A stretch of DNA of 62,684 nt, counting the filler, from Asterionella formosa (Eukaryota), in NCBI GenBank assembly GCA_002256025.1. It is 14 parts of 14 records of this genome, joined end to end, with 100 filler letters (N's around TTAATTAATTAA, not from the genome) between each part and the next. Parts side by side here need not be neighbours in the genome. Positions count along the whole stretch, not along the records: positions 22,556 to 23,934 come from NKIB01002746.1; positions 24,035 to 46,439 come from NKIB01002747.1; 12 more parts are not named here. The stretch is one strand, 5' to 3'. Below the pieces are notes generated by a model. The model did not search any database. It worked only from the letters and a program-made list of their open reading frames with translations, and had not been told where the DNA came from. Made by a program: the position numbers and the translations under genes. Below, piece after piece: positions 23,742 through 36,704 of this stretch. Each line of letters starts with the position of its first letter. Position 1 is the first letter of the stretch.

Positions 23742-24034
23742 GTACCGGTAGAATGTGTCTGTTTACGGGTTGATTGGCGAGATTGTCATGCTGAAGTGGA
23801 CAAAACGGATATACTTTGTGCGCAAAATCGGAAGTTGGTAGGGTTTATAATGTCGTTTATTTCTCCGTTCTGAATGATTGGACCATTAATAGCAGCAGCA
23901 TCATGATCTACTAAACTATCAAGGAATAAACCATNNNNNNNNNNNNNNNNNNNNNNNNNNNNNNNNNNNNNNNNNNNNTTAATTAATTAANNNNNNNNNN
24001 NNNNNNNNNNNNNNNNNNNNNNNNNNNNNNNNNN

Positions 24035-24850
24035 AAAGCATTGGATGCTCTGGCCACTGTCTTGATAATGGGCCCCCTTTCTGTTGTACCCGATATGGGC
24101 TATCTCAGTAAAGCGTCGGCTCTCGGACTACTAGTTCTGGGTGTCACGTTTGGCGTAATTGCTGCCTTTGGAGATGTACAAGGAGTCTTTCATGGATGGT
24201 CGATGCAACCACAATATGGCTTGTCAGGGGTGAGTCATTGGTTTGGCTGTGTCGTCTTCGGATTTGGGGTAGTACCATTGACATATAATTTTCAAGAGTC
24301 AATGGCAGAGCCACATGCAATGGTATCAGCCACAGGGGTGGCCCTTTTGAATGTTGCTTTGGCATATATTGTGATCGGAAGTGGTCTTGTGCTAATGTAT
24401 CCAGATGTGGAGGGCGATATCCTGCAAAATCTACCAATGACGGGAGTACTTCCAATGCTAGTTCGGATAGCGATGGTTCTGGTGGTGCTTGTCACGGCTC
24501 CATTACTAATTGTTCCATGCGGAGAGTTGATTGAAGAAAAGGTTGCGGCAGACGGGACAGCCTCCACGCAACTACGAGCCATTGTACGATTGGGGGTATG
24601 CTTCTTGTGTACAATCATAAGCGTTTCCGTTCCTGGATTTGTCTATGTATTGAGCTTTGTTGGGTGCTGTTTTGTTGCGCTGGTTGGGTTTGTCATCCCG
24701 CCCTTGCTTCATTTGGTTCTAACACGGGGTGGCCAGGGAACAAATCGATATTGTTTCTTGCTCGACTGCGGAATGCTTTTATGGGGTCTTACAGCAACAA
24801 TCATCAGCTCTGTTTACACCTTTAAGCTTGCCGTTCATCAACAAGTCTAG
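24035..24850 (+). CDS. Amino acid transporter (Aa_trans / AAAP, SLC36/38-like), 5'-truncated at contig start
   Basis: Multi-pass hydrophobic ORF: PLSVVPDMGYLSKASALG, FGCVVFGFG..QESMAEP, GDILQNLP, VPGFVYVLSFVGCCFVALVGFVIPPLLHL. Confidence 0.88.
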   Translation, partial: KALDALATVLIMGPLSVVPDMGYLSKASALGLLVLGVTFGVIAAFGDVQGVFHGWSMQPQYGLSGVSHWFGCVVFGFGVVPLTYNFQESMAEPHAMVSATGVALLNVALAYIVIGSGLVLMYPDVEGDILQNLPMTGVLPMLVRIAMVLVVLVTAPLLIVPCGELIEEKVAADGTASTQLRAIVRLGVCFLCTIISVSVPGFVYVLSFVGCCFVALVGFVIPPLLHLVLTRGGQGTNRYCFLLDCGMLLWGLTATIISSVYTFKLAVHQQV

Positions 24851-25899
24851 AATGACGAACTAATTTCTAACTAATTGACTTTGTAGATGCGATCTCTCAA
24901 CCAATTCATTCCAGTGTTCAAATCTCAAGCTCATCATTTACTAAGTTATTTACATAATCTACTTCTTCAGATTTTTCGAACTCCATTTGAAACATCAAGA
25001 AAAGTAACACAAGAGATTTCCCTCCCCCTGTAGTTTACATGACTGTATCATATAAAATATGACTGATCAAGTTATTATGCTTGCCTAATTACCGGTAGTC
25101 GACCTGAAAGATGAAAAAGTACAAAAATCCCAAATGTGTACCCTCCTCTTTAATCTTAATCATGGTACCAGGTACTGGTACCCAGACGAAGTTGTAAAAT
25201 ACTATCTTAGCTACCGGGGGTACCAGGTACCTGGTACCTGGTACTGAGGGCGCACTAAGTCGAATATATGGACGGGTACAAGCGCATCAGTTTTGAAGGC
25301 ATTTCGGAATTAATGAATATACAAAATTAGAACTATGTATGTTTTTTTAAACCTTTGTGGAACTCTCACGGACTGTATGCTGGTTGCCTGTGTGGATTCC
25401 TGTGAATTTCACTGCATCTGTTTACATCCAACAACTCATTCAGTTGTTCGTTCTGTCAACAATGTCCAGCTCCTCTTCAGCACGCCCTAGATCCTCTTGC
25501 TAGTTATAAATCTGTATCAGTATCCCAGGGTACAGTCTTCCTCATTGCTCCGATGTTTTTGTCCATTGCAGACCACTTTACATTCCGTGACGTTCTTGAT
25601 GAAGCGGCAAACATTTCGAGAGTTGTGCTTCCCTTTGATCCGGTTGAGGCGGTTATTATGCTGTACTTTGCTCAGCATTCTGTAATCACGCCATCTTCGC
25701 GTGGTCACATTGTTCAGAATGGGATGGAAATGAGACGAATGCAATTGATTTCATGAATACGTTTGGCGCTGGCAAGTACGATTTTCCTTGTCTTTCACCT
25801 GTAGCTACATGCTGGAGTTAATGCATTAACTTCCATGATGCGTCATGCTGCTTCAAATGATTGCCTTCCAACTGCTCGCTCAATGAATTGAAACAATTG

Positions 25900-27975
25900 T
25901 GCTGATGAACTGTTAAATGCACTGCGCTTGGCCTGCAAAAATAATAATCTTGGGTGGTTGCCTTCACTGGCCTTGACAACTGGCAAACAATTCCTTGATA
26001 CAATTGCTACTGTCTTAGTCTATCTAGATCCACATCGGGCACATTTCATAGCACATGGAAGTCCTTTGTGGCATATACTTGGAGTTGATACAATTTACAA
26101 TGACCCATCTCAGCATGGTCATGCCGCAGCTAATATAAATCAGCTGAAGACACAGTCAATTTTCGGTAAGCATGCGGATGCATTATTATTGTTTCTAGAG
26201 TCACCATGGTTTCTGCAACATTGGTGGGCATCGGTTTGCGAAACTGTCCAATTCATTCATGATAACCTGCAGTTGGAGATCTCAACAAGCTTGACTCCTA
26301 CACGTGATCCTATTGCTTTCACAAACATATTTGGTATAGCATTTGGGAATCCATCAAATCAATTCTCAGGAGCCCAGAAGGACCTTTTATCTGGTCATCT
26401 AACTGCTGCAGCATTGTTTGAGGAGATATGTCTTGACGTGATTGTTGTCTTCAAAGACCACCTTGGCTGAGCATAATTCATTTCTCAAAGATTTGAGGTT
26501 GCCGATTTTCTTTCAACAAATGACGTATGCTCATGGCAATCACCTTGGAAATCTCCACTTCTATGCACGCGTTCTTCAGTCAACACATCAGAATGGTCCC
26601 GAAATCAATAGTATGTTGGCTTCGACAATTGTTTATATTGACAAGTTTGCTACATGTACCATGAAGAAGGCATTTGACCACTCAGTTTTACTGCTGAGAT
26701 CTTCTGGGGCAACTGGGAAAGAATTTTCCAACATGCTATACTCAATTGCTACTAGATACCAATTAGCTGCAGGTAGTAGCTAGCTAAGGTTGGGCAGGCA
26801 CTACGGGCAAGGTTGACAATTATTCTCCTTGACATTGGTGAGAACTCCAAAGTCGCAGCTGATCCCCATTCCTTTCATGGTGGCTTGCAGCAGTCGAAAT
26901 ATGATTATTTCTGGAAATTTGCTGACTTATTTGTGGAGGGGTACAAAGCAACTCATGATAGAAGACATTCTGCCAGCGGAAGCCCTGATCTAGGCTTCTT
27001 CCCCATGCAACATCGATTGAGGCCTTCATTTCATCAATTGTTGAGAAAATTCCTGACAATGAAATTTAATTGGTTGCTGTTCCAGGTTCTCAATGGGACT
27101 CTCTGAATCTGACACCATCTGACTCAACTACAATGCTGGCGGCACGTTATACTGGTCGCTTGAATGTAGTCTTCAAGCTTCAGAAACATAGTGCTTGGTC
27201 ACCACATATTGATGCACACTATGTGCTTGCATTTCAGAAGTATGGGTGTGACTGTTGGGTCATCTTCATAAATGATCAGCTGGCCAACTCTGGGAATTGT
27301 ATTGACATGATCAGCGCAGATGACAGAGCGCCAATCATAGTTGGAGAGCAGAGTCATGCACTTGCTCCAGTTGCCCATATGCGAACTACATTAGCTACTG
27401 CTGATGCACCAGCAAGTCAAGCTCTTGATCATGACACATTGAAGAAGTCAAGATTGTGCCAAGTGTAATGCTCAACATTGCTAGCCCAAATGAACCATCA
27501 CAAACCTTCCGCAAAGGAAATGTCATATTTCAGTTTGGGACAAGGCATTCTTTCCAAGCACACAGATGAAGCATATGATTACACTCACTGACCACATTCT
27601 GAAAAATAATATCAACCTTGCTTTGAACAGAATGTGCTTGTTTATTGTTGCAAATGGATGGTGGGGCTGACCACAACCTCTCACATGTTTCAGTCCAAGC
27701 TGCTGCTTTGGCCATGGGTCTCCTCTTGGATCTTGAAATGTGTGTTCTGATTTGCACTGTTGCAGGCCACAGTTGGTCCAATCATGTTGAGGGTGTCATG
27801 TGTATTTTCAATCTTGCCATGAATGGCACGTCATTGGCACGCCCTGCAATGGACGAGCGCAACGAAGCAATCATGGCAAAATGTGGAGGTCTTGGAGACA
27901 TCTGTGCTGCTGGAGATGCATCATCAAATTTTCCAGAGAGTCTCATTGGTAGCATTGGCATCGTTATTGACCTAT
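25900..27975 (+). pseudogene. Degenerate Zator-like DDE transposase
   Basis: Ordered motifs across frames: GNHLGNLHF, SKYDYFW, ARYTGRLNV, HIDAHY, ISADDRAPIIVGE, ALDHD, IVPSV, MDGGADHN, TVAGHSWSNHVEGVM. This parallels the Zator pattern SxDDK / DHD / PSV / DGGPD / NxVER. Confidence 0.7.
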
Positions 27976-28586
27976 GGTACAGTATGTATCACACTAGATA
28001 TACTATATCATTAGATGGTATTGTCCTATATAACGTTAACCTTATAGGCTCTTCTATACAGACCATATAGTTTACTCTCACTGTAGAGATTTACACAATA
28101 CACACTGTGTATGAATACCACGTCAACCATAACTGAAAGGTGTACCCATTTACATTATGCACACGACTACCATGGAACCCATACACAGTACATATACATG
28201 TAACACGAGAGTGATCATGATTAGTACATGATGCTATACACATGGTTACTAGTATGTAGCTTGTAGTACATATTGCATTATGTACCCGGTAATAGTCCAG
28301 TGCATTGTACATCATGCTACTAAACTACTAGTGTACTAGATTTCACCATGGCAAAAATGGTAGTATTGGGTATTGGGGAGGCAGAAATAATTGTCAATCA
28401 TACTGGCACAGTATGGTACCACTGACTAATGGTGAGTGAGTACCCGGTAGCTACTTGCCAATTTGTCAACCGGTCGTAATCATTGGCTGCAAACCTGTAT
28501 GAAATCAACTGAACATTCCCTCCATGAGCCGATTGCGTGGACGACCCCGTCAGTTATGTACTCCTGAGTACCTAACAGGTGCCCTA

Positions 28587-31500
28587 TGGCTGGGTGCACG
28601 AAGACTAAAGTTTGGGTAGCCATTAGAGCTGGTATGTTATTTTTTTAGCTTTCGGTTGGATGCAGAATCCATCATGTCATTACACTTGCTTCATTACCTC
28701 TGACAATGGTGGTGAATATCTCCAGATCTTCTTTGTCTGCCACATGCACCACTAGCCGTATCTGACCATTTTGACCGTCATGAGCCAAAGAGACATCGGT
28801 GCACACGGCAAACAATGCACCCATCCGTTTATATTGACTTGTTTCAAGGCTGCCATAAGCGAACATGCGCTTCATGATCGCTGGCTACCAGCAGACCAAT
28901 TGCGGTTATACATGCTCCAGAAATACTCAATTGAGGATGCAGCACAGTTTAATTTAGCTTTGATGATAAGGGTGGTCAACAAGGGGCGGCTTCCTCTCAT
29001 GAGTTCTGCACCAAACATGCTCATTCTAGAGATTCAAGGTAGCCAACAAGTGCAAGTATACAGGCATTCCTTCCAAAATCGGAAACATCGCTATTTCTTC
29101 TTTGTCACCACCAAATTGAAATTCGTTCCTGTCCTCCCTTCACAGTTGAAAGCTTCATCATGGGAGCAAGATTGTGTATTGACAAGGCTTTTAGCAGGCA
29201 GTCAGAGTAAGCCATTGTCAACGAAAATTTCTGAACAAGAAATTATAGTGATGGATGATGCTATCAACAATGGCAATGGAGATGGATTGGAACGACCAAA
29301 AAAGCGAAAGAGGGGCGGGAGCAATGAATCAGAACCAATTATAATTAGTCCTGCTGAACATCATCAGATGAAAACAGATGCTGATGTATGGTGGCATTCT
29401 GGAGATGCTCGAAAGTTATTTGCTCCAACAAATGTATATGGGAATGGTGCAGATGTCTGGAAAATTGTTCTTGAGAGAATATTCATTATGGAGGATGTGA
29501 ACAATCATTGGGACAGCTGGAGAAAGGTGGTGTATGGTGGTGACTCCAATAATACCTGCTCCTGTTCAGATATCTTCACAATTCGCTTTCAAAGTCTGTA
29601 TTTGGCACATGCAATGAAGAATTTTGTGGAAAATGTTACAGGACCCACACGCACATTGCAAGTCAGTCAAGCAGTCATTGATAAATGCAATACATCACAT
29701 GAATGACATGGGAATTGAGATTTACTCTAACTTTGAGACTTTGTCCTGATGGCATCGCAAATTTGCATTGAATAGAACATTTTTCAGCAAGCCACCGGAT
29801 CCAAAGGATGCCAGGCTATGTCGCTTCTTTCTTGACAACCCGGATGCAATGGAATCATTCAAGTTGCATGGCACCCAGAGTATCAAAGATTTGCGGGTTG
29901 AATTAATGCATGATTTTGTTGTGAATCAACTTGTCCCAGAATTAGTTTCAAGACTTAAGATTGAAGTAGATGATGGGGTAACTACAACTTTGACAAATGA
30001 AGATATAGCTGCTTTTTTATTATCATATGGTCTAACAACTCTTAGCATTACTACTATGTCTAGATGGATGCATGCTGTTGGATTTAGATACAAAAAACGT
30101 GAGAAGCATTACCTTGTGGATGGTCATGAGAGACCTGAAACAATAGCATACAGGCCTATCTTTACAAACAAATACCTTTTGTTTGAGTTGCGCACACACA
30201 GATGGATTCAAATTACAAAGGTAGATTCTAAGCTATTAGAAAGCAATGGTGACATTGCAGAGAATTGTGGCTTTTACTATAAAAGTGATGATGGAGTTGA
30301 GATGGTCAAGTACCATGTTGATGCAAGCTACAAATTTCAAGACAAGATCAATGAGCTCCCATTTGGAGGCAACCTAAGTGTGAGGAAAAATTTGGAATCT
30401 AGACCTGTAATGTCGTTCATTGGACAAGATGAGGCTATATATAAACAGTTTCTAGTTTTATCCAAGATGTGGGTTGGGCCTAAGGGCGAGTGGCTACTAC
30501 TTCCAAAGGATGAAGGTACAAGCTCAATGATTTCTGCATTTGTCTGTCGTGAGCATGGGCTACTCCAACAGATACCAATAAATATCCTTGCTGAGATAAA
30601 CCTCCGTCGCCTTGGGTAGATCTACACAGACGAGGAAGATGCAATTGAAGTGTATGGTGGAAGACAAAAGAAGCCATTAAAAGCAGAAAATTCTCCATTT
30701 CTTGTTGTGTTTGATTATGGAGAAAACCGAGAGGGATACTGGAACTATGCCCACATGGTGCTCCAGTTCGAAGATGCTGTTGATGTCCTGCAGGTGCTCT
30801 ACCCCACATTCGACTTTGTCTTTCCATTTGATCACAGTGCTGGTCACTCCAAGCAACAAATTGATGGCCTCAATCAGTTCCATTTGAATAAATTTTTTGG
30901 TGGAAGGTACTCTGCAATGAGAGAAACGGTCATTGAAAGGGAGCAAGGATTTTTTGGCCCATTCCCACAGACACTGAATGTTGGGGACACACAGCAAATG
31001 AATGTCGAAAATGGCCATGTTGGTCCATTCTGGATGTCACCGACACAAAGGGAAGCAACACGACATGACATTCAATTAGGGACCACCTCTACCAATGAAA
31101 AACATCGTTCCGCCTTGGAATTAGACCTGAAAACAAAAGGAATCAACACCAAGGGAAAGAACAAGAAGGAGTTAGTTCAACTGTGCGTTTTGCATGAAAT
31201 TCCTACAGTCATAAATGTTGAACATTTTCGTGAAGGATGGGAAGGAAGAGCGAAGGGTTTGCTGCAAGTTCTTTGGGAAAGAGGATTCATTGACAGCACA
31301 AACCTAAACAAATATACACTTACTGGGACGAAGAGAGAACTTGGAATAGTCAACAATGTCAACAGCTTGAGACACATAATGGGAATGTGTGCTGACTTTT
31401 TAAATGAAGAGGGAATGCTGCAATATATTGCAACCAAGATTGGCGTCACGGTCCTCCTGACACCAAAATGTCATGCTGAACTTGCAGGGGAAGGGATAGA

Positions 31501-31970
31501 GTACATGTGGGCTTGTTCCAAGGGTGCATGCAGAAATTTGAGCTTGAAAGAGAAGAAGGGGAAGGAAAACTTCAATGCAAGTGTGTGCCATTGTCTTTCA
31601 GAGCAAATCATCACAGTTCGAAGAATACGAAAGTTCGCATGGCGTGCTTGTCAGTACCTAATGGCTTACCATGCCATTGATTCTGGTCAAGTTGACCAAC
31701 AGACTCAACAAGGCTATTCCAAATATGGCCCTGTTGCCTTAACACGGCTCATCAATGAGTTCAAGACACATCAATGTGCCTTTGACTTTGACTACAAGTT
31801 CGTTCGGAGTGTGATGAATGATGATCGATGGTCTTGAGTTTCCTGTTGCATCAATCCTTTTACCTACTACATAGCTGAATATCGTAATATAGAAATTTCA
31901 TTTAGACTAAAAACGTCGCATAGTAGATCTACAGTGGCTACCCAATCGAGTCCAAGCGGGCACCCAGCCA
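28587..31970 (+). mobile_element. IS630/Tc1/mariner-type DNA transposon with imperfect TIRs
   Basis: Left TGGCTGGGTGCACGAAGACTAAAGTTTGGGTAGCCA (28587-28622) versus reverse complement of 31935-31970 TGGCTGGGTGCCCGCTTGGACTCGATTGGGTAGCCA; encloses the transposase pseudogene. TSD unclear. Confidence 0.72.
28789..31837 (+). pseudogene. Large (about 1000 aa) DDE transposase with long insertion between second D and E; one frameshift and in-frame stops
   Basis: RWMHAVGFRY..YLVDGHERPE, FIGQDEAIY (D1), PKDEG..MISAFVCREHG, YGENREGYW, FPFDHSAGH (D2), KGLLQVLWERG, LTPKCHAELAGEGIEYMW (E). Stops at 29747 (TGA) and 30617 (TAG), frameshift near 29700. Confidence 0.85.
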
Positions 31971-32668
31971 GCCATGTAGCTGGTTCTCCCACCAGTTAGT
32001 TACTGGTGCACACATGTCCGCGGCCGCCTGCAAGCTGCGTTTATTTGGCTTAAATACGCAATTTAATATAGGATAAAGTTAGCTAAGTTTTTGGTTTCAG
32101 TACAATTACTTACTGATTGGGGGGGGGAACAGCTTGCTGTTACCTGGTACCAACATCGTGGATTTCAATGCAACCGCTCCCAAGATAAAAAGCACGGTTT
32201 GAATCTTCAATGGCACATAATCGATGTCGATTTCCTTTACTACATACTTCGAGTATAACTCAGAGTACATATTAATAAGCCCAAGTAATAAAGAACACAT
32301 TCATTAGACCATTCAATTCATTGCTTGCTCTTCATTGCACGTTTTTGACAGGCAGCTTCATCGGTGTTGATCAAAACGCATGGCATTGAGCTCGTTCGCA
32401 TACCTTTCCAGCAATTGTCCAACCATTTCAGACCCTCCTGTCAGCCACCAGAACCCTCCTGCAGTTTCAAATCGTCGGTGCTGCAGTATACGATTGACTG
32501 AATCTCAACCTCCTTTAACAATTGCACCGACGCTATCATCGTGTCGGATTCCGCCAAGATTGCCTTTTCAGTATATCACCGAGGTCTGTGGCTCTTCAAC
32601 CACAAGAATAAAAAGAAAGCAGTGTTTATAGGCACCTTCAATAATTAAGGCAATAGTCAAACAACAAG

Positions 32669-34126
32669 ATGGCCATTCGCGGTGGTCAAATCATCAACAT
32701 ATCCGGTAAGGAACCGGTTAATGATCCCGAGTATCGTTACAAGATGCCTGCTGTCTTTGGAAAGATCGAAGGACGCGGGAACGGTATCAAGACTGTAATT
32801 CCCAACATTCTCGAAGTGGGTCTCAGTCTTCATCGTAATCCAAGTGAAGTCAACAAATTTTTTGGATGTGAGCTTGGATCTCAGACGACGTATTCCGAGG
32901 AGACTGAGCGTGCGGTCGTCAATGGAGCTCATACTGACAAGGCTCTCCAGGACTTGATCCATCGATACGTCGAAATCTTTGTCCTCTGCCCCAATTGTGG
33001 CCTTCCCGAGACGGAATACAAGATCAAAAATGAGTGCATCTTTCACAAGTGTGCAGCTTGCGGAGCGAAGGACATGGTGGACATGAACCACAAGCTCTGC
33101 ACTTATATTCTTGCTCAGGACAAAAAGGCGAAGAAGGACAAGAAGGATAAGGAAAAGAAGAAGGTAAGTGTCAAAGTTCGTGTTCCGTTAAGTTTTTTCC
33201 TTACTCAATCTAAGACTCTGAATTTTAAGGATGATAAGAAAAAGAAAAAGGATTCTGATGACGAAAAGAAAAAGGATAAGAAGGACAAGGACAAGAAAGT
33301 ATGTGCAAGTATCCAAATCAAACAAAACTTGTTCATGTGCTTTGCACTCACCAGTGGTTTCCTTCTTATTGAACGTGATTTTATCTGTAGAAAGATAAGA
33401 AAAAGGAGAAGAAGGAAAAGAAAGGGGAAATGGATAAGGATGGAAACTATCTCGAAGATGCTATTTTTGGCAAGAAAGACGATGATTTATTTGATACTGA
33501 TGACCATGACTCTGTTGATTCTGAAGTTGGTGTGGATGATGCTGGTGCTATGGGTAAGTTGAAAGGTTGTGATCTAATATCCCTACACTTCTTGCTCAGT
33601 TTCACTCACGCTCTCGACCACAGACCTCGCTATTGAGGGCACCAAGAGGTTCTTGGTTGAGAATCCATATGCTACTGTGGATGCAATTGCTGAGGTTGTG
33701 ACGAACCAGCAGATGGCTTCTGCTCTCAAGTCTCATGATAAGATCCAAATCTTTGTCCGTGCTGCCTTTACTCCTCATTTCTTCAAGAACAAAGAAGTCG
33801 AAAAATTCGCACCTGTCATTAAGAAGATCACAAACAAAGGGATTACAATGGAGCGTCATCTCATTGCTGCCTTGGAAAGCCTCTGCCTAGACATGCCCAA
33901 GAATTTTCCTGTTTTCATCAAGCAGCTTTATGATGAAGATGCTCTTGAAGAAGATGTGATTCTTGAGTGGGCTACTGAAGGCCGCAATGACTTTACTTTG
34001 GCTGTCGTTGATGAGGAAACTCGTGCCGCTCTTCGTGGGGAAGCAGAACCTGTTGTTGTTTGGCTTCAGGCAGCTGACAGTGATTATGACGATGATGATG
34101 ACGATGACGATGAATCCAATGAGTGA
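32669..34126 (+). CDS. eIF5: Eukaryotic translation initiation factor 5, 4 exons (32669-33163, 33230-33298, 33391-33553, 33624-34126)
   Basis: DPEYRYKMP..KIEGRGNGIKTVIPN, KFFGCELG, zinc ribbon CPNCGLPET..CAACG, Lys/Asp-rich linker, W2 domain LYDEDALEEDVILEW..WLQAADSD. GT-AG introns keep the frame. Confidence 0.95.
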
Positions 34127-36704
34127 ACCATTTCCGGCTTTGGAGCAAATTCCTTTTTAGGCCACCACACTTTTCCATACTTAGTCCTTAGCAGTATATA
34201 TTTTAAAACTTTGATATTTAGTAGGACACAAACTACACACGTATTGTCTCATGCAAGCTTCTATATAAGCAAAATTAGGTTGCTCACGAAGGCCTGAACA
34301 ACTTTAGCACCTTGTTGCTCGGTTTAACAGGCCTTTCTCAACTATTTGCAAGGATAGTACTAGAGATTTTAGGGTAGATTGTGATTGAATTTTACCTGCA
34401 ACAGAATAATTTTGATAGGCTCCTTTCATACAATTGTCATTTGGAGATGTGTGCAAAAGCTGGAGCCAAAACAGTGTTGGCAGTTCCTGCATTGCAAAAT
34501 GAAATTTTTGCCACGCTGAAGATGGACGAAGTGATCCGAAGGGGAGATTTTTGTGCTTTCTGTGAAAGTGGAAAACAAAGAAACAGAAGATGTTATAGTA
34601 TGCATTTGGTTGGTTCTATGTGCATGGAACTACAATGAAGGCTTCAGAATGGGAATGTACAATTTAGTAAAAGAAATGGAGGTGGAAGAAAAGGAGACAT
34701 GGCATTTAAAGTTGGAATTTGGAATTTGGAAAAAACAACAAAGAACACATTGAAATTGGCTGCAGTTGGTGATCCAAATGAGTAACAGAAATATACAATT
34801 TTTGTGCTGACTTACCAAATACACAAGAACCAACTGTTTTGGAAAGCGATATTGTGGCTTTCCTAGGTGAGCATTTGAAACCGACTGCTGCACAACTCGG
34901 CTTCGACGCCAAGAAAAATTTGAATTACTACATAGAACATAAATGGAATATTGGTTTATTTTGAGACTTATACAACTGCAAATGAAAAAAAGTTACATCC
35001 ATGATCAGATTGCAATCATCAATGGTTGGACAAACATCGGACCCCATGATCATAAAACTGCAACAAGCACCACCATATGGGAACGTAAACAATTTTTCTT
35101 GGACATCAGGGAAGGCGGTGCAGGATGGCAATGAGTGCCAGAAATAAACCCCAAGTTTTGTGATAAGCTCACATTCAAGCTTCTATGATTAATAATACCA
35201 ATTCCATGTACTCTTGGAATCTCAGCACCAGAAAATTGATCTGTTTGCATTTATGAAGATAATAGATATTTGGATTGCGATTTTGCAACAATTGGATCAC
35301 TCATACCCAGCCATCTCTTGCATAATTTTCACAGATATCAGCAAAATGCCAGCCACGACCAGATGATGAAGTTTCGATCTTATGGATTCAGGGTGATATC
35401 TTTGGGGTGCGTTTGCAGACTGACAATTTGACAAAAAGCACTTGCATGCGTTTTTCATGATTTACAGATAGCTAGGGTGGCAAAGCCAAGCCGGATTCCT
35501 CGATGTCCTCAAGGAGTTCAACTTGCTGCCTGCTGATGGATCTGTATCCTAGTTTTTCTCAAAATTTCCCCTCAAGCAAGTTCATTTCAGCATGTGGTTA
35601 GCAATGGAAGTGGCTGATAGGAGCGATGTTGTAGGATTCGTGTTTGCATCGAAATTCATGTTCTGAGGGTGGGACAAGAATGGTATCGATCAGGTGAGGC
35701 TCGGTCAGTCTAATTCCCCCATCTGAAACCTTCCAATTTTGATTCCAGTCATGCTAGGCGTCTAAAATATTGTTGTCTTCAGTCATCTATGAATTTGAAG
35801 CAAGATCCCAATTCTGGCAAATTTTTACTCTTGAAGGTTCCATGAAGATTTCATCATCAAGGTGAGAATATATGATTCGAGATTAAAGAAATGTGATTGT
35901 GATGTCATGTGGTGATGGGGTTCACTGCACATCAGAGGAGGTGGGATTCACATGCACAGAGCTGTGATGCTAGCCATTGACTGATTGCACTTCTCTTGTT
36001 CACAGAACATAGCATAGAGTGCTCAAAAAAAATTTATTAGACTCCATGTGCTAACAACATATAGGGATTATCTAAATTCGCCTTGGCCTCCTCAACTAGC
36101 AGCAGTGGATTCGCCCAAGCTTCCCCAGCGCAAAGTAAAGAAGAGTACCTGAATCCATCTCTCAAGTGAAGGATCCAACGACAAGATTTTATCCAGATGT
36201 GGTTATTTGAGACTACAATAAGGAATAATCTCTGAAGAACAAGAAAAATCAGTTTCTGAATCGGAATTGGAAGAAGGAAGCCTGGACATACCTATCATTT
36301 CATTTGCCCTCCATCCAGCACCAGCCACCGCCGCATTAATGAACTATGCCACCTCTGAAGACATGAAGTTTTTGACGCCGCTGTGGCCAAACTTCCATAG
36401 GAGTTCAATCGCAATCAATGTCAACCGGAACTTAATTTCCGAATGAAAATGAATTAATCTATAATAATAAATTGAGCGCCACTTCGAACATGCTGTGCTG
36501 GAAAATACAGAGTCGTGAAATTATCACTCCACCATAGTAGTAAAAATGGAGGTATACCGCTACATATAGTACAGGCGGCACTAATAGTAATAGTAGTATA
36601 GAGCAGAATCAATGTTTTCCTATCATCTATGATATGGCTTGCATTGTAGAAGTCTCACACTAACTATAATTATTGTGTAACTACTAAGTATGCATTGGAT
36701 TTTA

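Noticed and set aside
25247..28585. Candidate TIR pair for the Zator-like element (GGGCGCAC..GACGGG versus CCCGTC..GTGCCC)
   Set aside because: Similarity is weak, needs gaps, and no TSD is evident.
33164..33562. Read-through C-terminus of the 297-aa eIF5 ORF
   Set aside because: Explained by introns at 33164-33229 and 33299-33390; the spliced frame gives the normal eIF5 linker and W2 domain.
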